Assembly: GCA_029061465.1 (NCBI GenBank)
Contig: JAIDRY010000176.1
Location: forward strand, 1 to 56,047
Source of the DNA: Clostridia bacterium
GTDB taxonomy: Bacteria > Bacillota > Clostridia > Christensenellales > Borkfalkiaceae
Length of the DNA stretch: 56,047 nucleotides
Reading direction: 5' to 3'
Below the pieces are notes generated by a model. The model was not told the DNA's origin. It saw nothing but the letters and a program-made list of their open reading frames with translations, and did no database searches. Below, piece after piece: positions 45,612 to 52,393 of the stretch (positions within the stretch are counted from its first letter, which is position 1; the number at the start of each line of letters is the position of its first letter). The position numbers and the translations under genes are program-made.

Positions 45612-47444
45612 ATGGCACTTACTACAACCTTTAACAGATTAAGACGTGAAATTGGTATTAAAAGATGTGTAATCGTTGAGGGAAACGTCGGCGACGTTTA
45701 TTTAAATGAGAAGAAACAAATAGTTGACTTGAAGCAGTATCTTATGGATATGCTTAAAGCTATTGACTACGATGATGTGCTTTATTGGGATAGAATTGAC
45801 GGTGTGGACGGAGACATATCTCGCCTTTCGGTTATCGATGAAGTGGAAGTAGAGGGTGAAGCTTATGTCTTTTATGATGAAGACGATAAGTCAGAAAAAG
45901 AACAAAAGACAGGCAGCGGACTTTTCAAAGAGCCCGCCGAGATATTTAATATCATTTTTAAAAATTTGAAAAAGCCCAACCGCAAAACCGCATTTGTTTT
46001 GAACTGGGCAGATTATTTGTTTACGACGGGTGGGCAACTGCCGCCCGACGAGCGTGAACTTATTACGCTTCTTGGGAAAGCAATCAAGGATAAAAAAGTT
46101 GACTATCTTTCTGCTGAAGTGAATGAAAGTACAATCGTACTCATTACGAGCAAGCTTGCTATGTTCCCGATATCGTTCTATCAGGGCAATCCCGAAGTGT
46201 CTTGTCTCACGCTTTCAAAGCCCGACAGAGAAGAACGCGAAAAAATGATGGATAAAGTGGAAAGCGGATTTGAGGTTAAGTTAAAACCCGGCGAAACACT
46301 TATGACTTGCGAAAAGAAGAATGAGTATATCGATATGCTTGATGATTTTACAAACCGTGAAATTATTCAGCTTGCGAGACTTTCACGCAAAGAGGGTAAA
46401 ATGCCATTTGAACAGTTATATCTGTTGTTCAAGTACGGTGAAAAGGATAACCCTTGGGAAAAACTTGACTATAAGGCTGTAAAAGATATTAAGAAAATTC
46501 TTGCCGAGCGGGTAGTCGGACAGGAAGAAGCCATCGAAAAAATTGAGAAAGTCGTTGTGAAGGCGTATATGGGGCTTACCGGAATCCATAAATCTTCCAG
46601 TCGTTCCGCGCCCAAAGGTGTGTTGTTCTTCGTCGGTCCTACCGGTGTTGGTAAAACCGAACTTTCAAAAGCTCTTGCAAAATTTCTGTTCGGTGACGAG
46701 CAGGCTTGTATTCGCTTTGATATGTCAGAGTATGCGCAGGAAAACAGTGACCAAAAGCTTATCGGTGCGCCTCCCGGATACGTGGGATATGAAGAGGGCG
46801 GTCAGCTTACAAATGCAGTAAAAGAAAAGCCGTTCAGTATTATTCTGTTCGACGAGATAGAAAAAGCAGCAAAGCCTAATCCCCGTATTTTGGATATTTT
46901 CTTGCAAATTCTTGAAGACGGACGTCTTACCGACAGTAAGGGTGAAACGGTTTATTTCAGTGAAAGCGTTATTATCTTTACGTCAAACCTCGGCGCTTCG
47001 GAAGTGGCTTCGGGCGGTTCCAACGAACAGGTTGCCAAGGAGTTTATTGATATTGTCAAAAACTATTTCGACAATGAAATCAAGCGCCCCGAAATTTTGG
47101 GACGTATCGGTTACAGCAATATAGTTCCGTTCAATTTCATCAAAGACAGGGATTTTACCGTTAAAATAGCAAAATCAAAACTTCGTCCTGTTCAGAAAGC
47201 GATTCTCGAAAAATATAGGATAGACCTAATTTTTGAAGATGAACTGAAATTTATTGACTATATTTTGGGCGGTGCGGATAGCAGTAAGGGTGGTCGTGAT
47301 ATTCTTAATGCAATCAATGATAAGCTTTTGGACGAGCTTGCAATGTTTATGTTCGAAAACAAGCAGGATTTATCGTCGTTCAAGGGCGCAAAAATCGTAG
47401 TCAGCGTATCGAAAGATAAACTGCATTTTGAATTTGATGATTAA
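45612..47444 (+). CDS. AAA+ ATPase with Clp/Hsp100 D2-type module and degenerate N-terminal AAA-like domain
   Basis: The C-terminal half is colinear with ClpB/ClpA D2: VVGQEEAIEKI, Walker A GPTGVGKT (46635..46658, K348), IRFDMSEY, GAPPGYVGYEEGGQLT, Walker B ILFDEIEKA (D414/E415), ILEDGRLTD, sensor-1 IIFTSNLG. The N-terminal ~290 aa lack Walker motifs. Confidence 0.85.
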   Translation: MALTTTFNRLRREIGIKRCVIVEGNVGDVYLNEKKQIVDLKQYLMDMLKAIDYDDVLYWDRIDGVDGDISRLSVIDEVEVEGEAYVFYDEDDKSEKEQKTGSGLFKEPAEIFNIIFKNLKKPNRKTAFVLNWADYLFTTGGQLPPDERELITLLGKAIKDKKVDYLSAEVNESTIVLITSKLAMFPISFYQGNPEVSCLTLSKPDREEREKMMDKVESGFEVKLKPGETLMTCEKKNEYIDMLDDFTNREIIQLARLSRKEGKMPFEQLYLLFKYGEKDNPWEKLDYKAVKDIKKILAERVVGQEEAIEKIEKVVVKAYMGLTGIHKSSSRSAPKGVLFFVGPTGVGKTELSKALAKFLFGDEQACIRFDMSEYAQENSDQKLIGAPPGYVGYEEGGQLTNAVKEKPFSIILFDEIEKAAKPNPRILDIFLQILEDGRLTDSKGETVYFSESVIIFTSNLGASEVASGGSNEQVAKEFIDIVKNYFDNEIKRPEILGRIGYSNIVPFNFIKDRDFTVKIAKSKLRPVQKAILEKYRIDLIFEDELKFIDYILGGADSSKGGRDILNAINDKLLDELAMFMFENKQDLSSFKGAKIVVSVSKDKLHFEFDD

Positions 47445-47982
47445 GTTTAACATTGCAAGTATCAATCAATGTACCGAAGTAGAAGGACCGTATAAAAGAC
47501 TATGCATTTGGTTTCAAGGTTGCAATATTCACTGCAAAGGATGTTGTAATCCTGATTACCAGCCGCTCGTGCCGAAGAATATACTTTCGCTTGACAAATT
47601 AATTTTGATTATAGCTGAAGCAAAAGAAAAATTCGGAATAGAGGGAGTAACCTATTCGGGTGGAGAGCCCACTTTGCAACAAAGTTTGTCTCAGCTTACC
47701 GAAGAGATACATAAGCTTGGGTTAGGCGTTATATCGTTTACAGGTAGAAACTACGAGGAAGTAAAAGAAGTTTTGTGCGGTTGTGATGCAGTATTGGACG
47801 GAGCTTTCATCAAGGAATTGCCCGAAACAAAGCGCCGTATACTCGGTTCTTCAAATCAGCGCATATTATGTTTAACTGATAGATATAAAGATTGTATTGA
47901 TAGGTGGTTTACAAGTATCGGATTAAAGACAGAAGAAATTAATGTCGGCAATAGTATAGTAGTGAACGGTGATAAGTTTTGA
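47437..47982 (+). CDS. NrdG/PflA-type radical-SAM activase-like protein (4Fe-4S single-cluster family)
   Basis: EGPYKRLCIWFQGCNIHCKGCCNP, with CxxxCxxC encoded at 47521..47544. SAM-binding-like GVTYSGGEP. C-terminal NrdG-like LDGAFIKE...ILGSSNQRIL. The ATG at 47437 overlaps the upstream stop (ATGATTAA). The ORF track uses an upstream TTG at 47428. Confidence 0.8.
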   Translation: MIKFNIASINQCTEVEGPYKRLCIWFQGCNIHCKGCCNPDYQPLVPKNILSLDKLILIIAEAKEKFGIEGVTYSGGEPTLQQSLSQLTEEIHKLGLGVISFTGRNYEEVKEVLCGCDAVLDGAFIKELPETKRRILGSSNQRILCLTDRYKDCIDRWFTSIGLKTEEINVGNSIVVNGDKF

Positions 47983-48011
47983 CATTAAAAAGGATAATAT
48001 TCTAAATATTA

Positions 48012-48055
48012 GGTGCAGATAACTGTTATAAGCGGTTGTCTGTACCTTTAATTTT
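48012..48055 (+). terminator. intrinsic terminator closing operon A
   Basis: 12-bp stem: GGTGCAGATAAC (48012..48023) pairs with GTTGTCTGTACC (48035..48046), including two G-U pairs. TTTAATTTT follows. Confidence 0.75.
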
Positions 48056-48163
48056 CTGCAAGAACTTGTAGCCAAAAGTGGGATACAAGAATATATCCTA
48101 AGCAGGATAAGGAAAATGCCACAAAGTGGTATTTTCGACGCGTTCACTTCGATCACTCAAAAC

Positions 48164-48183
48164 AAGCGGGAAACCCGTTTTTT
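48164..48183 (+). terminator. small hairpin plus T-run (second, orphan terminator)
   Basis: AAGCGGG-AAA-CCCGTTT followed by TTT(T). The stem is 7 bp with one G-U pair and the loop is only 3 nt, so the call is weak. Confidence 0.35.
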
Positions 48184-48248
48184 ATATCACTACAGTGATA
48201 TATGTTTGTCGACAAATATTGACTTTGTAAGTTTTCTTATGATATAAT
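48183..48248 (+). promoter_or_regulatory. promoter of operon B with two upstream palindromes (C-box-like operators)
   Basis: Palindrome TATATCACT-AC-AGTGATATA (48183..48202). Perfect palindrome TTTGTCGACAAA (48205..48216). -35 TTGACT (48219..48224), 18-nt spacer, -10 TATAAT (48243..48248). The ATG at 48256 lies only 7 nt after the -10 box and has no SD. Confidence 0.6.
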
Positions 48249-48255
48249 AAATTTT

Positions 48256-48471
48256 ATGAAATCAACTTCATTTTTCGAAACAAAATTAAAACATATCAGA
48301 ACAGCAAAAGGCTATTCTCAAAAGCAACTTGCTGAACTATCAGGTGTGAGCCTACGCTCCATACAAATGTATGAGCAGCGACGAAAAGATATAAACAAAG
48401 CTCAGTCTGATTCGCTGTACCACTTGGCGAAAGTTCTCTGTTGCACAATGGAAGACTTACTGGAAGAATAG
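48256..48471 (+). CDS. small XRE-family HTH protein, controller (C) protein-like
   Basis: 71 aa with HTH YSQKQLAELSGVSLRSIQMYEQRRKDINKAQ. It is the first gene of an RM-like operon and appears leaderless. Confidence 0.7.
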   Translation: MKSTSFFETKLKHIRTAKGYSQKQLAELSGVSLRSIQMYEQRRKDINKAQSDSLYHLAKVLCCTMEDLLEE

Positions 48472-48536
48472 AGTTGTCGAAAAATGTCACAAATAAAGCA
48501 AAATTAATGTCTAATATCTAAAGTGGGGGAAATCAA

Positions 48537-49196
48537 ATGAAATGTCTTTATGAGTTAAATGTTGAGCAGCTTTATAAACTAGTTGAAGAAGATTTGAGCC
48601 TTGATGGCTGGATTATCTGGAACGAGACCCTTGCGAAGCGAACGGAGTCCGCGCGAGAGCTTAAGCGGTTTGATATTATAAAAGATAAAGCAATCGAACA
48701 AGGTTTTATTAATATTGATAATGAAATTGTTACATGGTTTGATACTTTAACTATGTTATACCGTTCGCTCAAAAATATCAGTGATTTAGAATTAAAAGAC
48801 AATTTAAAAATATTCCAAGAATTCCGTATGCCGTATTCTCGAAGAAGAGCAGATTATGTGCTTGTATATGATAACAAAATTTTAATTTTAGAGTTTAGTT
48901 TTGATAAACTTGGATATGCGCAGAAATATGAAGACAAATTACAGCAGGCAAGTAGTTACAAAGAAATACTAGGAGTATTTTTACCAAAAGAAATAGATAT
49001 AGGCACATATACATTTTTGATTGATCCAGACGAAGATAAAGACGGCAGATTTATTTACGATCCAGAAACCAAACGTCGAGTAAATGATGATAAAGTAGAA
49101 GAACTGGCAACAGTGATAGTAAAATTTTTCAAAAAGAATTTAAAGTCGGCATATAACGCATTAAAGCATTTAGATTATGGCGATGGGAATGGGTAA
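48537..49196 (+). CDS. hypothetical protein with PD-(D/E)xK-like core pattern
   Basis: 219 aa. FQEFRMPYSRRRADYVLVYDNKILILEFSFDK fits the E...D...(E-x-K) layout of restriction-endonuclease-fold domains. The final triad reads E-F-S, with a K four residues later. Confidence 0.4.
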   Translation: MKCLYELNVEQLYKLVEEDLSLDGWIIWNETLAKRTESARELKRFDIIKDKAIEQGFINIDNEIVTWFDTLTMLYRSLKNISDLELKDNLKIFQEFRMPYSRRRADYVLVYDNKILILEFSFDKLGYAQKYEDKLQQASSYKEILGVFLPKEIDIGTYTFLIDPDEDKDGRFIYDPETKRRVNDDKVEELATVIVKFFKKNLKSAYNALKHLDYGDGNG

Positions 49197-49242
49197 GCCT
49201 ATTCAATGGTGAAATTTTAAAGAAAATTTATAAGGAATTCAA

Positions 49243-52200
49243 ATGCTAAAAATAGGATTATACGAACAAGTCATAAATAAGCTATTGGATAAAGAGCTGT
49301 CCGAAAATGAAGATAAGCTCAGTCAGACTGCGCATATCGATGAAGGCGAAGCATCTAAAATTCTTTCACAATATATAGCTGAAATTATAGAAAAGGGGCT
49401 TGATTATGTCCACGATAAAGGCGGAAATGTTCAAGACCAAATTCAACTTATAAATCGAATTGTCTCAACAATTATTTCGGAAACAAAAGAGGCGGACTTT
49501 AATGAGCTATCAGTTGCAGAGCGTGCTGAACAACTTTTAGCACTCTTGAATAAAAGGGATACTATCTTAGCAATTAATGAAAAGGCGGAAATAGTTCGTC
49601 CCGAAACATCAATTGCTCAGAGTTCGCTTTTTACTGGAGCAATTAATGAACCTCAGATGTTCAACGAATTGAATAAGGAAATTGTTTCAAGCGATAGAAT
49701 TGATATGCTGGTTTCCTTTATAAAGTGGAGCGGATTGAGGCTCATTATCGACGAGTTGAAAAAATTTACTCAACGCGGTGGAGAACTTCGTATAATAACA
49801 ACTTCGTATATGGGTGCTACCGACATAAAGGCAGTAGAAGAGCTTAGTAAGCTTCCCAATACAAAAATTAAAGTCAGCTACGATACAAAGCGTACACGTC
49901 TTCACGCAAAAACTTATGTATTTTATCGTGATACAGGTTTTACGACCGCATATGTAGGTTCTTCCAACCTTTCAAATGCAGCAATATCGTGTGGCCTGGA
50001 ATGGAATGTTAAGGTAACAAGAAAGGACTTGCCAGAAACTATAGCAAAAATTAAGGCAACATTTGAGAGCTATTGGAATTCAAACGAGTTTGAATTTTTC
50101 TCGGAAGGGCAGAGGGATCGTCTTGTACATGCGTTAAAAGCTGAAAAGTTTTCGGATAGTAATAGTGAGAAATTATATACATTTGACATATCGCCATATT
50201 CATACCAGCAAGAAATATTGGACAAGTTGGAAGCGGAACGAACAATTCATGGGCGCCATCGCAATTTAATTGTTGCGGCGACGGGGACAGGTAAAACAGT
50301 TATTTCAGCATTTGATTATAAAAGGTTTAAGAATCAAAATTCTAATAATGCTTGCAAATTATTGTTTGTTGCACATAGAGAAGAAATCTTGAATCAGAGT
50401 ATAGAAACATTTCGTGGGATTTTGAAGGATGCGAACTTTGGTGATCTATTTGTAGGCAATTATAAACCTGAATCCATTGATAATCTGTTTATATCAATCC
50501 AGACATTTAATTCGCAAGATTTTACTTCTAAGACTAGCCCAGACTTTTATGATTATATAATTGTCGATGAATTTCATCATGCGGCGGCTCCCACATACCA
50601 AAAGTTACTTACATATTATAAGCCTAAAATACTGCTAGGTTTAACCGCCACGCCTGAACGTATGGATGGCAAAAACATATTGGAGTATTTTGGTAATAGT
50701 ATTGCGGCAGAAATCAGGCTTCCTGAAGCTATTGATAGGAAATTGCTTTGTCCTTTCCAATATTTCGGTGTAACAGATATTGTTGGCCTCGATGATATAA
50801 AGTGGAGTAGAGGCGGCTACGATAAGGATGAGCTATCCAATATTTATACGATAAACGAAGAAACCGCAGTGCGTCGTGCCGACTACATAATTGCATCAAT
50901 TTTGAAATATGTGACTGATATAGATGAAGTTAAAGGACTTGGATTTTGTGTATCAATTGAACACGCGAAGTTCATGTCAAATTATTTTAATAACCACGGT
51001 ATCCCTTCAATGTATCTTGTTGGCAGCTCGTCAGATGATGAAAGAAAGAGCGTAAAGAAGAAGCTGGTAAACGGAGAAATTAGATTTATCTTTGTTGTTG
51101 ATATTTATAATGAGGGTGTAGATATCCCTGAGGTTAATACTGTCTTATTCCTTCGGCCCACTGAGTCGTTGACAATATTTTTGCAACAGCTCGGACGCGG
51201 CTTACGTCTTTCAGAAGGGAAAGAATGTTTGACGGTACTTGATTTTATTGGACAAGCAAATAAGAGATATAATTTTGAAGATAAGTTTGCGGCTCTTTTA
51301 TCAAATACTACCCGCAGTATTCAACGCGAAATAAAAGACGGCTTTGTATCTGTTCCTAAGGGATGTTATATCCAACTTGAAAAGAAAGCGCAGAAATACA
51401 TTTTAGAAAATATTCGCGCGTCGTTAAATTCGAAGAGTGGTCTATTGGCAAAAGTTAAAACATTTGAAACCGAAAGCGGGTTAAAGCTTTCGTTAATAAA
51501 TTATATCCATTATTATCACATCGATGTAAGGACGATCTATAATAAAAAATTAACATTTTATTCAATGTGTGAGCAGGAAGGGTTATGGCAATCAACTGAC
51601 CATATTTTTGATGATCCATTTAGAATTTTATTTCACTTTTGTTGTGTTGACTCAATTAAATGGATTAATTTTGTTTTATCTGAATTGCGAAATGGAGAAT
51701 TCAATAAATTGAATTCTTATAACGAAGAACAACAATTAATGGTTAAAATGTTATACTCCTCAATCTGGGATAAGACTCCTAAAACAGAAGGATTTATTGA
51801 TGAAATAGAAGCGTTAAACTTTTTGTTTAAAGATAAATACTTTATTGAAGAACTTATAGAATTGCTTTGCTTATGTAAGAAAGATGTAAATATTGTTGGG
51901 CGAGATCCTGAATTGGATTATATTTGTCCATTAGAAGTGTACTGTACTTATACTCGCGATCAAGTGCTGGCTGCGTTAGGATTCAACGAGGATTATACTG
52001 TTTCGGAAGGTGTCAAGTATTTTAAGGATAAAAATACAGATGTACTGTTTACAACACTTAATAAAACAGATAAGTTTTATTCTCCGACTACAGCATATAA
52101 TGATTATTCGATTAATGAAGAACTGTTTCACTGGCAAAGTCAAAGTACAACATCAGACACTTCATTAACCGGGTTAAGATATATAAATCAAGATAATAAC

Positions 52201-52389
52201 AGTAACAACATATTACTTTTTGTGCGTGAACAAAAGTCAGATAAATTTGGGCCACAGCCTTTTATTTTCCTTGGTAAAGTACATTATGTTCAGCATGAGG
52301 GAAGTAGACCTATGAACATAGTTTGGCAATTGGATAATAATATACCAGCTAAATTTTTATCAAAAACAAATAAATTAATTTTGGGATAA
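49243..52389 (+). CDS. SauUSI-like enzyme: PLD (HKD) nuclease + SF2 helicase + C-terminal DUF3427
   Basis: HKD motif RLHAKTYVFYRDTGFTTAYVGSSNLS (H221, 49903..49977). Walker A AATGTGKT (50275..50298). DEFHH box (50566..50580). Motif VI QQLGRGLRL. The C-terminal ~250 aa follow the DUF3427 pattern (FHWQSQSTTS..., ILLFVRE, PFIFLGKVHYVQHEGSRPMNIVWQLDN). Confidence 0.85.
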   Translation: MLKIGLYEQVINKLLDKELSENEDKLSQTAHIDEGEASKILSQYIAEIIEKGLDYVHDKGGNVQDQIQLINRIVSTIISETKEADFNELSVAERAEQLLALLNKRDTILAINEKAEIVRPETSIAQSSLFTGAINEPQMFNELNKEIVSSDRIDMLVSFIKWSGLRLIIDELKKFTQRGGELRIITTSYMGATDIKAVEELSKLPNTKIKVSYDTKRTRLHAKTYVFYRDTGFTTAYVGSSNLSNAAISCGLEWNVKVTRKDLPETIAKIKATFESYWNSNEFEFFSEGQRDRLVHALKAEKFSDSNSEKLYTFDISPYSYQQEILDKLEAERTIHGRHRNLIVAATGTGKTVISAFDYKRFKNQNSNNACKLLFVAHREEILNQSIETFRGILKDANFGDLFVGNYKPESIDNLFISIQTFNSQDFTSKTSPDFYDYIIVDEFHHAAAPTYQKLLTYYKPKILLGLTATPERMDGKNILEYFGNSIAAEIRLPEAIDRKLLCPFQYFGVTDIVGLDDIKWSRGGYDKDELSNIYTINEETAVRRADYIIASILKYVTDIDEVKGLGFCVSIEHAKFMSNYFNNHGIPSMYLVGSSSDDERKSVKKKLVNGEIRFIFVVDIYNEGVDIPEVNTVLFLRPTESLTIFLQQLGRGLRLSEGKECLTVLDFIGQANKRYNFEDKFAALLSNTTRSIQREIKDGFVSVPKGCYIQLEKKAQKYILENIRASLNSKSGLLAKVKTFETESGLKLSLINYIHYYHIDVRTIYNKKLTFYSMCEQEGLWQSTDHIFDDPFRILFHFCCVDSIKWINFVLSELRNGEFNKLNSYNEEQQLMVKMLYSSIWDKTPKTEGFIDEIEALNFLFKDKYFIEELIELLCLCKKDVNIVGRDPELDYICPLEVYCTYTRDQVLAALGFNEDYTVSEGVKYFKDKNTDVLFTTLNKTDKFYSPTTAYNDYSINEELFHWQSQSTTSDTSLTGLRYINQDNNSNNILLFVREQKSDKFGPQPFIFLGKVHYVQHEGSRPMNIVWQLDNNIPAKFLSKTNKLILG

Positions 52390-52393
52390 GCAT

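Noticed and set aside
47100-47117. GRIGYS in the Clp-like ATPase as a possible glycyl-radical site for the adjacent activase
   Set aside because: The motif lacks the residue spacing of RV(S/C)GY. It also aligns with the ordinary Clp (F/L)LNRID position, so it is most simply a normal Clp segment.
47428-47436. TTG start used by the ORF track for the radical-SAM gene
   Set aside because: The ATG at 47437 gives the classic ATGATTAA stop-start overlap with the upstream gene. The three extra codons are unnecessary.
47437-47982. Reading the radical-SAM gene as QueE of a 7-deazaguanine (Dpd-type) DNA modification system
   Set aside because: No QueC, QueD, FolE, DpdA/TGT-like or other deazaguanine-pathway genes are in the window. 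The C-terminal GSSNQR motif looks NrdG-like rather than QueE-like. This cannot be excluded without profile searches.
47923-48156. 77-aa minus-strand ORF in the spacer between the operons
   Set aside because: It overlaps the radical-SAM gene end and the terminator hairpin. It has hydrophobic junk composition and no RBS.
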